In this document: piece by piece, positions 16,861 to 29,964 of the stretch
How positions within the stretch are numbered: position 1 is the stretch's first letter
Layout of the letters: every line of letters begins with the position of its first letter
Source of the DNA: the human T2T-CHM13v2.0 reference genome, Homo sapiens
NCBI GenBank assembly: GCA_009914755.4
Contig: CP068257.2
Span: 24,640,001-24,704,000 of the forward strand
Direction: 5' to 3'
Length of the DNA stretch: 64,000 nt
The notes under the pieces: model-generated
Database searches by the model: none
Seen by the model: the letters and a program-made list of their open reading frames with translations, nothing else
What the model was told of the DNA's origin: nothing
Translations under genes and position numbers: made by a program

Positions 16861-18045
16861 CTCAAGGGAATGAAAAGACAAACCACAAATTAGGAGAAAA
16901 TATTTGCAAAAATATACCTGATAAAGGACTGTTTCCCATAATATACAAATAACTTAAAATTCAATGATAAGAAAAAATAAAGTCAATAAAGAATATATTG
17001 ATGGAAAATGAACAGAGGAAAAGATGTTTTGTATCATGTATCATTTGGGAATTGCAAATTAAAACCATGAGATACGGCTCTACATCTGTTCCCTGTCACT
17101 ATAGACACCTATTAGAACAGCTGAGATTCAAAACACTGAACGCAAATGCTGGTGAGGATGTGGTGTAACAGGGATGCTCATTCATTCATTTCTGGTCAGA
17201 ATGCAAAGTGGTACAAGCCACTTTTCAAGATAGTTTAGTAGTTTTTCACAAACCTAAATGTACTTTTATCATACAGCCTAGCAGTTGTGCTCTTGGTATT
17301 TATAGAAATGAATTGAAAACTTATATCCACACAAAAGCATGTACACAGATGTTTTTAGCAAGTTTCTTCATAATTACCAAAACTTGGTAGCAAATAATTT
17401 TTTTTTTTGACAGAGTCTCGCTCTGTCACCCAGGATAGAGTACAGTGGTGCGATCTCAGCTCACTGCAATTTCCATCTCCCAGGTTCAAGCAATTCTGCC
17501 TCAGCCTCCCAAGTAGCTTGGATTACAGGAGCACGCCACCATGCCTGCTAATTTTTGTATTTTTAGTGGAGATGGGGTTTCACCATGTTGGCCAGCCTGG
17601 TCTCAAACTCTTGACCTCAGGTGATCCACCCGCCTCAGCCTCACAAAGTGCTGAGATTACAAGCGTGAGCCACCATGCCCCAGCCCCAAGTGTTTTTTAA
17701 TAGTGAGTAGATAAATAAACCGTGGTATATTCAGGAAATGGAAATTTATTCCGCGTTGAAAAGAAATGAGCTATCAAGCCATGAAAAGATATGGAGGAAA
17801 CTTAAATGCATATTACAAAGTTAAAGAAGCCCATATTAAAGTGTTACTTGTTGCAGAGGGTCCAACTATATGACATTCTAGAAAAGGAAAAACTATGGAG
17901 ACAATAAAAATATCAGTGGTGCCAGGGGCTTGTGGGTGTAGAGATAGATGAACAAACAGAGCACAGAGAATTTTTAGAAAAAAAACGAATTGTCCATATA
18001 TGTGGGAGTCTACTTCTGGATTCCATTCTGTTTTATTGCTTTATG
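16861..18045 (+). mobile_element. L1M-type ORF2 3' region and 3' end (sense), interrupted by a nested Alu at 17398-17685
   Basis: agacaaaccacaaattaggagaaaatatttgcaaa ... tgcaaattaaaaccatgagatac ... gctggtgaggatgtggtgtaacagg. Resumes after the Alu with aataaaccgtggtatattcaggaaatggaaatttattccgcg ... Meets the antisense copy head-to-head at about 16860. Confidence 0.65.
17398..17685 (-). mobile_element. Alu SINE nested in L1 (reverse orientation)
   Basis: ttttttttttgacagagtctcgctctgtcacccaggatagagtacagtggtgcgatc ... gagccaccatgccccagcc. Confidence 0.9.
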
Positions 18046-18061
18046 GTTTTTTTGTTTTTTG

Positions 18062-18358
18062 TTTTTTTTTTTTTTTGATGGAGTCCCACTCTGTCACCCA
18101 GGCTGGAGTGCAATGACACGATCTCTGCTCACTGCAACCTCTGCCTCCTGGGTTTAAGCAATTCTCTTGCCGCAGCCTCTTGAGTAGCTGGGATTACAGG
18201 CACCTGCCACCATACCTGGCTAATTTTTTTTGTATTTTTAGTAAAGATGGGGTCTCACCATGTTGGCTAGGCTGGTGTTGAACTCCTGACCTCAGGTAAT
18301 ACGCCGCCTCGGCCTCTCAAAATGCTGGGATTACAGGTGTGAGCCACCATGCCCAGCC
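18062..18358 (-). mobile_element. Alu SINE (reverse orientation)
   Basis: Poly-T then gatggagtcccactctgtcacccaggctggagtgcaatgacacg ... gtgtgagccaccatgcccagcc. Short TSD ctgttttat. Confidence 0.9.
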
Positions 18359-18629
18359 TGTTTTATGTTTTTATCCCTCCACCAATAGCATAAGACAGCT
18401 TTATAGTTAGTCAGCCTATTTCATAATATAGCTTTATAGTAGGATGTCTATAGTAGTGTTCTTGGTGTTGCGGGTTACTTTCAATTGTTCCTTTAATGTG
18501 AAGTTTTGTATCACTTCTTCTAAGTCATCTTCATCCTTTTTGTCACTACTACATTCCTTATTTATGTCAATAGGTTTACCTTCTATCAGTTCTTCTGGCT
18601 GCATATCTGGAGTTCCTTGAAAGCAACAG

Positions 18630-19008
18630 TGTATTAATCTGTTCTCACACTGCTATAAAGAACTACCTGAGACTGGGTAATTTATGAAGAAAAGAGGTTT
18701 AATTGACTCACAGTTCTGCTGGCTTAACAGGAAGCATGATTGAGGGCTTCAGGAAACTTACAGTCATGGCAGAAGGTGAAGGGGAAGGAATCACGTTCTT
18801 CACATGGCAGCAGGAGAAAGAGAGCAAAGGGGGAAGTGCTACACACTTTCAAACAACCAGATCTCGTGAGAACTCATTCACTATCACAAGAACAGCAAGG
18901 GGGAAGTCTGCCTCCATGATTCAATCACCTCCCACCAGGTCCCTCCTCCAACACATGGGGATTACAATTTGATATGAGATTGGGGTGGGGACACAGAGTG
19001 AAACCATA
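18630..19008 (-). mobile_element. MST-type MaLR solo LTR (reverse orientation)
   Basis: Reverse complement reads ... ccatgtgttggaggagggacctggtgggaggtgattgaatcatgg ... cagtgtgagaacagattaatacac, the typical MST/THE1-class LTR body and TG..CA end. The ORF-track peptide at 18703-18972 is LTR-derived. Confidence 0.8.
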
Positions 19009-19386
19009 TAAAGCAGTATCAACATTCTATCGTCAGCTATTTCCTCTATAACTCCATCTGTGTTGCATTCAGATTTAACTTCTTTCTGTGCTTTCATTTT
19101 TGTTGGACAATTTTCTCTTTTCATTATCCATTAAAAAAAGTCACATGGGTTTATCACTAAGGGGACCAGGAGACAACATGACTACATGCTCTGCTATCTG
19201 TGCATGAATTGCATAATGTACAGTGATAATCACTGATAGATATTAAAATAAGTTATTGATTAGTCATGTATCATGATGCATATCTGTTATTATGTAGTGA
19301 TTTGTGGACTAAAATGCTGGAAGCAAAACTTGTACTTTATGAAATTATTCACATGTATACCATAGTAACTGAAATTTGAACAGAAT

Positions 19387-19729
19387 GATATGATTTGGCT
19401 CTGTCCCCACCCAATCTCATCTTAAATTCCCACGCATTGTGAGAGGGACCCAGTGAGAGGTAATTGAATCATGGGGGGAGGTCTTTCCTGTGCTGTTCTC
19501 CTGATAGTGAATAAGTCTCATGAGATCCGATAACTATTTAAGGGGGAGTTTCTCTGCACAAGCTCTCTTCTCTTCTCTGCCACCATGTGAGACATGACTT
19601 TCACCTTCTGCCATGATTGTGAGGCCTCCCCAGCCACATGGAACTGTAAGTCCATTAAACCTCTTTCTTTTGTAAATTTCCCAGTCTCACGTATGTCTTT
19701 ATCAGCAGTGTGAAAACAGACAAATACAG
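19387..19729 (+). mobile_element. THE1-type MaLR LTR (sense); behaves as a 3' LTR because internal-like sequence abuts its 5' side
   Basis: gatatgatttggctctgtccccacccaatctcatcttaaattcccacgcattgtgagagggacccagtgagaggtaattgaatcatgggggg ... gattgtgaggcctccccagccacatggaactgtaagtccattaaacc ... cagcagtgtgaaaacagacaaatacag. Confidence 0.85.
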
Positions 19730-19965
19730 TAGCTAATGCAGTGTTCGGAGGGAAATTTATGGCAATAAATGCTCACACCCACAGACCAAGAACAGCTGAC
19801 TTTGAACACTGTTCACACAAAGACTTTGAACAGCTCCAATATACATGACTTTCAGCTACCACTGTTTAATTAAATGTATCAGTCTCTCAACAATACTGTT
19901 CAAATTTCAGTTACTATAGTGTACATGTTGTTAATAATTCCATAAAGTACAAGTTCTCTAGGGAG

Positions 19966-20103
19966 TTCCAAACTTTCCCACATTTTGCTGTCTTCTGAGC
20001 CCTCCAAACTGTTGCAACCTCTGCCTGTTACCCAGTTCCAAAGTTGCCTCCACATTTTTTGGGATCTTTTCAGTAGCATCCCTCTCTACTGGCACCAATT
20101 TAC
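19966..20103 (-). mobile_element. THE1 internal fragment next to its 5' LTR (PBS region, reverse orientation)
   Basis: Reverse complement reads aatacagtaaattggtgccagtagagaggg ... aaaatgtggaggcaactttggaactgggtaacaggcagaggttgcaacagtttggagggctcagaagacag ... gtgggaaagtttggaactccctagagaacttgt, which matches the start of THE1-int after the 5' LTR. Confidence 0.6.
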
Positions 20104-20425
20104 TGTATTAGTCTGCTTTCACACTGCTGATAAAGACATACTCGAGACTGAGCAATTTACAAAAGAAAGAGGTTTAATGGACTTACAGTTCCATGTGCCT
20201 GGAGAGGCCTCACAATCATGGTGGAAGGTGAAAGGCATGTCTCACACGGCAGCAGACAAAAGAAGACAGCTTATGCAGGGAAACTCCCCCTTATGTAATC
20301 ATCAGATCTAGTGAGACTTATTCACTATCATGAGAACAACACAGGAAAGACCTGCCCCATGATCCAATTACCTCCCACCGGGTCCCTCCCACAACATGTG
20401 GGAATTCAAGAATATCAGCTACACT
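20104..20425 (-). mobile_element. THE1-type MaLR LTR (reverse orientation; 5' LTR of a truncated copy), about 88% identical to the LTR at 19387-19729
   Basis: Reverse complement reads ... cacatgttgtgggagggacccggtgggaggtaattggatcatgg ... gattgtgaggcctctccaggcacatggaactgtaagtccattaaacctctttcttttgtaaattgctcagtctcgagtatgtctttatcagcagtgtgaaagcagactaatacag. Confidence 0.8.
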
Positions 20426-21500
20426 TGCAAATTTTGATATGCTATATTTTCATTGTTGTTCACTTCAAATTATTTTATAATTTTCCTTGAGATTTTTTTT
20501 CACCCATGGTTTACTTGGAAGTTTGTCTTTTAATTTCTAAAGGTGTATAATTTTTCCTACTATATTTCTGTTATTTCTAATTTAATTCCATTATTTCAGA
20601 GAACATTCTTCGTATGATTTAAGTTCTTTGAATTTGTTAAGGTGTATTTTATAACCCTGGATATAGTCTATTTTTTTTTATCTGTTCCATGTGCATAGAA
20701 AGAAAATCTATTCTGCTGTTGTTTGGTAGAATGTTTTATAAATGTCACTTAATTACAGTTGTTAGATGGTGTTGGTCAGTTCTTTTATATCCTTGATGAC
20801 TTTCTGTCTACTATGTCTATTGCTTGACGATAGAGGGGTTTTGAAGACTCCAATTATAATTGTGGACTTACCTATTTATTCTTTCAGTTCTGTCAGTTTC
20901 TGCTTCTTGTATTTTGAAGCTCTGTTCTTAGTTGCATACATGTTTAGGATTGTATTGTCTTTGGGGTGAATGAACTCTTTTATCATTATGTAATTTGCCT
21001 TTCTATCCCTGATTTTTTAAATCTCTGAGTCTATTTTTTCTAATGTTAAGTCTACTACTCCAGCTTTATTTTGATTAGTAGTTTCATGATTTATCTGTTG
21101 TTTCACTTTTAAATGACATAGTTCATTAAAATGAGTTTCTTGGAGACAGCATGTTATTAGACCATTAAAAAATCTGTTCTGACAACTTCCATATTTTAAG
21201 TGACATACTTGGATCACTTATATTTAGTGTAATTTATTGATGTATTTGGGTTTAGGTTTACCATTTATTATTTGTTTTATTCTATTTCTAGTCTTTGTAT
21301 TCTTGCTTCGCTTTCCCTGCTTTATTGTGTCTTATCTGAACATTTAAAAATTCAGTTTAGTTCATCCAATGTATTTTTACTATTTTTTACATAGTTTATT
21401 TTATGATTGCTGTAGAAATTATAATATGCATGCTTAAGTTTTTGCAGTCTACTTAGAACCATTTTTTTCCTACTTCAGACGGGATTCAGACAACATCACA
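20426..21500 (-). mobile_element. Ancient L1 fragment (antisense), ORF-region derived
   Basis: Long T-rich antisense L1-like tract (ttgatgactttctgtctactatgtctattgcttgacgatagaggggttttgaagactccaattataattgtggacttacc ... ctttggggtgaatgaactcttttatcattatgtaatttgcc) typical of antisense L1M ORF2 5' regions. Family and coordinates are approximate. Confidence 0.5.
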
Positions 21501-22094
21501 TAGGTTCTAAAATGATTGCTTTTAAAAAAACTGGATCTTTGATTAACCATGTAATGCAGACCCATCCTTATAACTTTTCTTATGTCTTAGAAGTATATTA
21601 CCCAACATATAGATATTGGTAAGTTAAAGAAAAATACTATTTTACTCTAAACAAATCTATTATAATATCACTACTTTAGAAATAAGCTATTTGTTAAAAT
21701 AATTTGATGTGTATAGAGCAGAGGCTTATTAATATTGAATGCATTTATGAAGATAGAATTTGATTTACAGGGATTTCCCCCCTCCAAATAACTGAATAAG
21801 TGAGTGAATTAGCATACACTTAACATAGAAAATGAGTTTTCTGTGCATCAAAACGTATTCACAGAAAAACTTTCATTTGTGATACTTCTTATAACTAGTT
21901 TCTGGAAAAAGAAAATAACTGAATTGTGACTTTTTGACATAGTTAATAAAAATGTTGTCTACCTTTTAAATTCTAATAATACTTTAGAACAGGAATTAAA
22001 GTATGGCTTTTATTACAACAATATCAATTAGCATGTATGTGTTGTTTATTTTCATATTTTAATTGCTACTTCTAAACAACTATATAAAATTAAT

Positions 22095-22235
22095 TCCTTC
22101 TTAATATGAGAAAACTGAAAAATGGAGAAGTTAAGTAATTTCCCAAGATCATACATCTTGAGTAAAAGAGGCAGGATGAAAATTGAGTAGTATGGCTTCA
22201 GAACTCACACCGTGAAGCACCATATTATCTGATCC
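22095..22235 (+). mobile_element. Possible MIR-like SINE core
   Basis: tgagaaaactgaaaaatggagaagttaagtaatttcccaagatcatacatcttgagtaaaagaggcaggatgaaaattgag resembles the MIR core (tgaggaaactgaggctcagagaggttaagtaacttgcccaaggtcacacagctagtaagtggcagagc). Confidence 0.35.
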
Positions 22236-25200
22236 TTAGAGGAGAGGGCAGTAGTATTTTGGTATTCTCAACTTAAGAATCTTTAAAGTTATTTTTAAAA
22301 AGAAGGGCAATATGTTGTATGTGTGTCTTTGTGTGAGTGTCAGTGTGTGTGTTATGTATGTATATTTCTGTATAATTTTTTATCACAATAAGTTTCTAAT
22401 TTGGTTAAGGATTTTGTGTTGCTTCCATAATGAGAAAACGATTCTGTCAGGCATTAGTGTATTCTAATGCTTTGATGTTTACTTTCAGGCTTCCCTTTGA
22501 TCTCTTTACATATTGATATGTGTACAAATAGCATGGGACAACCATGTCTTGAATGCCACATCTAAGAATGGCCACAAGATTACAGTCTTAAAACTTTAAT
22601 GAGCAGAACCCAAATTGGTAACATTATGCATGTGATGATAATTGCTCTCTAAAGCGGATCTTTTCTCATGCCATTCTCCATTTTTTTGAAGGCTTAATTT
22701 AAGAACACTATTCACCAGCAGTTAAATGGCTACTTTATTCTTTTCTACTTTATTTATTTCCCATTCTTTTTCAGATGTTGCTTTCTGTAAATACTGGTCT
22801 GAAAGGAAAGGTTCAGCAAATCAAATTGTTGAAGGTTGCAATGTCTGAGAATCGGAACCAGCTTTGCTGGTATAAAATATGTAAAAGGACATTCCCATTA
22901 TAGAAATATACTTTTCTTATTCTCCAGTAAAAAAATAGGAATATTTTAGGCACTACATTCTTCAAATAATTTGAAAATTCTACTATTCTAATACATGATA
23001 TGAAATGTCTTAATAAGAAATTGAACTTAGGATGGATAAATCTTTTGTGAGAAAATGTGCCTACAGATATTAGACTTCTTTCATTCATCACTTACCTAAT
23101 CCCTGTCCCTTTCTAGATGTTGACAAAACAGAAAATGACAGGTGATTCCTTTGCAGTATTTACAATGCTTTGATATTTATTTTTGTCTTTAATAATAATC
23201 ATCTATGAAAATTTCTGAGACATTTTTTCCACTATCTAAACTTCAGTTTTTATTTCCTCCTTGTTCATCAGCTATCTCTCTTTTCAATTATTTCATTTTA
23301 GTATATGTTGGACTTTTAAAGATTGGCTTTAATATAAAAATGTACATAATTTCATGGTAGGAGAGTTTTCACAGATTGGGCAGAATCATGCAACATATTC
23401 TTTTAATAGGCATTTAGAAAAAGAAATCTTAGTACACATTCGTATGTACACTAAATAGTTCTAATATTTTATGTGTTTGATAAATATGATGATCCTGGAA
23501 AATACATAGCAATGGTAGTCCCAGTTAGACAAACTTTCCATTATAATTACACTGGCCACAAAGACAGTTTGTTTACATGGCATCAAAGAGCCTCACTTGC
23601 TACACCATTGCTAAATCCTGAGCCCTAGGTTTTCATCAGTGTCAGTTATAATCCAATGAGATCAAAGGTGAAGGTGTGCCAATGAAAAATCACTCCTGAC
23701 CTTCCATCATGGCAGACAGGAGGCAGGATTAGATTGCAGCTCCGACTCAGATGGACAGAGAAGCATGTGGTGGCTAGCACTGTGAATTTTAGCTCCAGAA
23801 TGACTGCAGGAATAAATCATGAAACCGGAGAGGACCCACAGACCCTCTGAAGAAAGTGGATTGCTTCTGCAGGACCCAGGAGACACCCTAGATACTGTGA
23901 TTGCACCAACTGTGGAAGTGGGAAAGGGAGATCTTCTGTCCCTAAACACACACCCCCCACTGGGGAAATTGAAGGTCTACTTTACAGGAGAAGATCCTGA
24001 TCTTACCTGGAGCTGAGTCAATTTAGAGAGCCAGGCAAGATGCAGGGGTACAGGAAGCCATGGGAAAGCCCTGTAGGCTCGGTGGGTCCCCAAGGCCATT
24101 CTTGCCTGGCATTACCGGGATTCTTCAGGAAGGTGGCCAGAGGTGCAGGGAAAATGCCACAGGGAGAAGGAAATCTCCAGCTGCACTTTGTAACGGTTTG
24201 AACTGATTGAGAAGCCTCCTGGCCAGAACTCGTGTGAGGGTGTGAATCTGGCATGCAGACTCCACAGGAGGAAGAACAACTAAAACCCTCCTTTCTTTCA
24301 TAGCTGGGAGGCAGGTAGCCTGAGGCAAGTTCTCAGCCCTGCTTACCCACTGCCTAGAAATAGACTCAGTGCTGTTAGTGGGGGCACGGTGGGAAAGAGA
24401 GCAGCCCTTCAGATTGCATGGCAGCTGGGTGAGGCCTGTGACTGATGGTTTCCCCTACTTCCCTGACAACCTGCATGACTTAGCAGAGGCAGCCATAATT
24501 CCCCTAGGTCCATAACTCCATTGACCTCCATTGAATATCACCCCCATCCCCCACAGCAGCCACAGCAAGATCCACCCAAAGTGAGTACTACATCAAGGGA
24601 ATGCCCTATGGGACAAAAGAATCTGAACAACAGGCTTCAGCCCTAGACCTTCTCTGTGACAGAGCCTATCCAAATGAGAAGGCAACAGAAAACCAACTCT
24701 GGTAATATGACAAAACAAGGCTCTTCAACACCCCCAACAATCACACTAGTTCACCAGCAATGGATCCAAACCAAGAGGAAATCCCTGATTTACCTGAAAA
24801 AGAATTCATGATGTTAGTTAGTAAGCTAATCAGAGAGGCACCAGAGAAAGGCAAAGTGCAGTGCAAGGAAATCCAAAAAATAATACAAAAAGTGAAGGGA
24901 GAAATATTCAATGAAATAATATAAATAAAAAATAATCAAAACTTCAGGAAATATTAGACACACTTATAGAAATGCAAAATGCTCTGCGAAGTCTCAGCAA
25001 TAGAATTGAACAAGTAGAATGAAGAAATTCAGAGATCAAAGACAAGGTCTTTAACCCAATCCAACAAAGACAAAGAAAAAAGAATAAGAAAATATGAACA
25101 AAGCCTCCAATAAGCCTGTGATTATGTTAAACAACCAAACCTAAGAATAATCAACATTCCTGAGGAAGAAGAGAAATCTAAAAGTCTGGAAAACATATTT

Positions 25201-27222
25201 GTTGGAATAATCAAGGAAAACTTCTCCAGCTTTGCTAGAGACCTAGACATCCAAATACAAGAAGCACAGAGAACACCTGGGAAATTCATTGCAAAAAGAT
25301 CATCATGTAGGCACATTGTCGTCAGGTTATCTAAAGTTAAGATGAAAGAGAGAATCTTAAGAGATGTGAGACAAAAGCACCAGGTAACCCATAAAGGAAA
25401 ACCTATCAGATTAACAGCAAATTTCTCAGCAGAAACCCTACAAGCTACAGGACATTGGGACCCAATCTTCAGCCTCTTCAAACAAAATAATTATCAGCCA
25501 AGAATTTTGTATCCAGTGAAACTGAGCATCATGTATGAAGGAAAGATACAGTCTTTTTCAAACAAACAAATGCTGAGAGAATTTGCCACTACCAAGCTAC
25601 TACTACATGAACTGCTAAAAGGAGCTCTAAATCTTGAAACAAATCCTGGAAACACATCAAAACAGAACCTCTTTAATGCATACATCTCACAGGACCTATA
25701 AAACAAAAATGCAATTTAAAAAACAAAAACAAAACGCAGAAAACCAAGGTACACGGGCAACAGATAGCATGATGAATGGAGTGGTACCTCACATATCAAT
25801 ACTAACATTGAATGTAAATGGCCTAAATGCTTCACTTTAAAGATACAGAATGCAGAATGCTAAGAATTCACCAACCAACTATTTGTTGCCTTCAAGAGAC
25901 TCATCTAACACATAATGACTCACATAAACTGAAAGTAAAGGGGTGGAAGAGGCATCATGCAAAAGGATACCAAAAGCAAGCCAGGGTAGTTATTCCTATA
26001 TCAGACAAAACAAACTTTAAAGAAACAGCAGTTAAAAAAACAAAGAAGGACATTATATAATGGTAAAAGGCCTTGTCCAACAGGAAACTATCACAATCCT
26101 AAACATATATGTACCTAACATTGGAGCTCCCAAAATTATAAAACAATTACTAATAGACCTAAGAAATTACTAATAGACCTGAGCAACACAGTAATAGTGG
26201 GGGACTTCAATACTCCACTGACAGCACTAGACAGGTCATCATGACAGAAAGTCAACAAATAAACAATGGATTTAAACTATACCTTGGAAAAAATAGATTT
26301 AACAGATATATACAGAATATTCCATCCAACAACAGCAGAATACACATTCTATTCAACAGCCCATGGACCTTTCTCCAAGATAAAACATATGATAGGTCAC
26401 TAAAAGAGCCTCAATACATTTAAGAAAATTGAAATTATATCAAGCACTCTCTCAGACCACAGTGGAATAAAACTGGAAATCAACTTCAAAAGGAACCTTC
26501 AAAACCCTGGAAATACATGGAAATTAAATAACCTACTCCTGAATGATTATTGGGTCAAAAAATCAAGATGGAAATTTAAAATATTTTTTGAATTGAATGA
26601 CAATAGTGACAAAACCTATCAAAACCTCTGGGTTACAGCAAAGGTGGTGATAAGAGGAAAGCCCCAAATGCCTACATCAAAAAGACTGAAAGAGCACAAA
26701 GTGAAAATGTAAGGTCACATCTCAAGAAACTAGAGAAACAAGAACAAACCAAACTCCAAACCAGTAGAAGAAAGGAAATAACCAAGATCAGAGCAGAACT
26801 AAATGAAATTGAAACAAAGAAAAACAATACAAAAGATAAATGAATAAAAAAGATGGTCCTTCGAAAAGGTTAATAAAATTGATAGACCATTAGCAAGATT
26901 AGCCAAGAAAAGAAAAGAGAAAATCCAAATAACCTCAATAAGAAATGAAACAGGAGATATTACAGCTGACACCACAGAAATACAAAAGATTATTCAAGGC
27001 TAATATAAACACCTTTACACGCATAAACTAGAAAACCTAGAGGAGATGGATACATTTCTGAAATGACACAATGCTCCTAGCTTAAATCAGGAAGAATTAG
27101 ATACCCTGAACAGATCAATAACAAGCAGTGAGATTGAAATGGTAACTTAAAAATTACCAACAAAAAAAAGTCCAGGACCAGACAGATTCACAGCAGAATT
27201 CTACCTGACATTCAAAGAAGAA

Positions 27223-27987
27223 TTGGTACCAATCCTATTGACACTATTCCACAAGATAGAGAAAGAGGAAACCCTCCCTAATTCATTCTGTGAAGCCAGC
27301 ATCACCCTAATACCCAAACCAGGAAGGGACATAACCAAAAAAGAAATCTATAGACATATATCCTTGATGAACATAGACGCTAAAATCCTTAACAAAATAC
27401 TAGCTAACAGAATTCAACAACATAATCAAAAAGATAATTCACTGTGATCAAGTGGGTTTCATACCAGGGATGCAGTGATGGTTTAATAAGTCAATAAATG
27501 TGATACACCACGCAAACAGAATTAAAAACAAAAATCACTTTATCATCTCAATAGATGCAGAAAAAGCATTCAACAAAATCCAGCATCGGTTTATGATTAA
27601 AGCTCTCAGAAAAATCGGCATACAAGGGACATACTTCAATATAATAAAATCCATCTATGACAAACCCACAGCCAACATAATAATAAATGGGGAAAAGTTG
27701 AAAGCATTCCCTCTGAGAACTGGAACAAGACAAGGATGCCACTCTCATCACTCCTCTTCAATATAGTACTGGAAGTCCTAGCCAGAGCAATCAGACGAGA
27801 GAGAGAAAAAAAAAAGGGCATTCAAATTGGTAAAAAGGAAGTCAAACTGTCACTTTTTGCTGATGATATGATCATTTACCTCAAAAACCCTAAAGACTCC
27901 TCCAGAAAGCCCCTAGAACTGATAAAAGAATTCAGCAAAGTTTCTGGATACAAAATTAATGTACACAAATCAGTAGCTCTTCTATAA
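27223..27987 (+). pseudogene. L1 ORF2 reverse-transcriptase domain remnant (non-functional)
   Basis: ORF-track peptides ... [37 protein letters not shown], ... [61 protein letters not shown], ... [18 protein letters not shown] (the FADD/YXDD RT box) are broken across three frames with stops. Confidence 0.8.
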
Positions 27988-29422
27988 GCCAACAGTGACC
28001 AAGCGGAGAATCAAATCAAGAACTCAACCCCTTTTATAATAGCTGCAACAAACAAACAAACAAACAAACACACACTTAGGAATATACCTAAGGAGGTGAA
28101 TGACCTCTACAAGGCAAACTAGAAAACACTGCTGAAAGATATCATAGATGACAGAAACAAATGGAAACACATCCCACTCTCATAGATAGGTAGAATCCAG
28201 ATTGTGAAAATGACCATACTGCCAAAAGCAATCTACAAATTAAACACAATTCCCATCAAAATACCACCATCATTCTTCATATAGTTAGAAAAAACAATTC
28301 TATAATTCATATAAAACCAAAAAAGAGCCCACACAACCAAAGCAAGAATAAGCAAAAAGAACAAATCTGGAGGCATCACATTACCTGATTTCAAACTACA
28401 TTATAAGGCCATAGTCACCAAAACAGCATGGTACTTGTATGAAAATGGGCATGTAGACCAATGGAACACAGCAGAGAACCCAGAAATAAGCCCAAATACT
28501 TGCAGCCAACTTATCTTCAACAAAGCAAACAAAGACATAAAGTTGGGGGAAGGACAGCCTTTTCAACAAATGCTGCTGGGATAATTGGCAAGCAACATGT
28601 AAGAGAATGAAACTGGATCCTCATCTCTCATCTTATACAAAAAAATCAATTCAAGATGGATTAAGGAGTTAAATCTAAAGCCTGAAACTATAAAAATTCT
28701 AGACGACAACATTGGAAAAGCCCTTCTAGACATTGGCTTAGGCAAGGATTTCATGACCAAGAACCGTAAAGCAAATGCAATAAAAACAAAGATAAATAGC
28801 TGGGACTTAATTAAACTAAAGAGCTTTTGCATGGCAAAAGGAACAGTCAGCAGAGTAGACAGACAACCCACAGAGTGGTAGAAAATCTTCACAATCTATG
28901 CATCTGACAAAGGAGTAATATCCAGAATCTACAACAAACTCAAACAATCCCATCAAAAAGTGGGCTAAGGACATGAATAGGTCATTCTCAAAAGAAGATA
29001 TGCAAATGGCCAACAAACATGTGAAAAATGCTCAACATCACTAATTATCAGGGAAATGCAAATCAATATCACAATGCGATACCACCTTACTCCTGCAAGA
29101 ATAGCCATAATCAAAAAATAAAAAAATGGTAGATGTTGGCATGGATGTGGTGATCAAGGAACACTTGTACACTGCTGGTAGTAATGTAAACTAGTACAAC
29201 TACTATGGAAAACAGTGTGGAGATTCCTTAAAGAACTAAAGGTAGAACTACCATTTGATCCAGCAATCCCACTACTGGGTATCTACCCAGAGGAAAGAAG
29301 TCATTATACAGAAAAGATACTTGTACACACAGGTTTATAGCAGCAAAATTCACAATTGCAAAATCGTGGAACCAACCAAAATGCCCATCAATCAATGAGT
29401 GGATAAAGAAACTATTCTGTTG

Positions 29423-29476
29423 GAACAATTAATGGAATTATCTCTTTGAAGAGTCCCAGACTGAGTCAAAAAACCA
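29423..29476. repeat. 54-bp direct-repeat copy 1 (gaacaattaatggaattatctctttgaagagtcccagactgagtcaaaaaacca), inserted inside the L1 3' region just before the giant microsatellite
   Basis: 52 of 54 bases are identical to 30744-30797 in the same orientation. It is not part of the L1 consensus at this position; the L1 reads gagtggataaagaaa | inserted segment | tatatata. Confidence 0.85.
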
Positions 29477-29964
29477 TATATATATACATGTATATATATA
29501 TATATGTGCATACATATATACATGTATATATATGCGCATACATATATACATGTATATATATGCGCATACATATATACATGTATATATATGCGCATACATA
29601 TATACATGTATATATATGCGCATACATATATACATGTATATATATGCGCACACATATACACACATATATGTGCACACATATACACACACGTGTGCACACA
29701 CATACACACATGTGCACACACACATGCATACATATATACACATATGTGCATACATATACACACATACGTGCATACATATACACACATATGTGCATACATA
29801 TACACACATATGTGCATACATACACACACATATGTGCATACATATATACACACATATGCGCATACATATATACACATACATATGTGCATACATATATACA
29901 CATACATATATACATATATACATATATGTATGTACGTATATATATACATTTATATATCACAGTT

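Noticed and set aside
18630-19729. Possibility that the MaLR LTRs at 18630-19008 and 19387-19729 are the two LTRs of one provirus
   Set aside because: They are in opposite orientation and belong to different subfamilies (MST-like versus THE1-like, roughly 75% similar). The sequence between them is not a recognisable internal region throughout.
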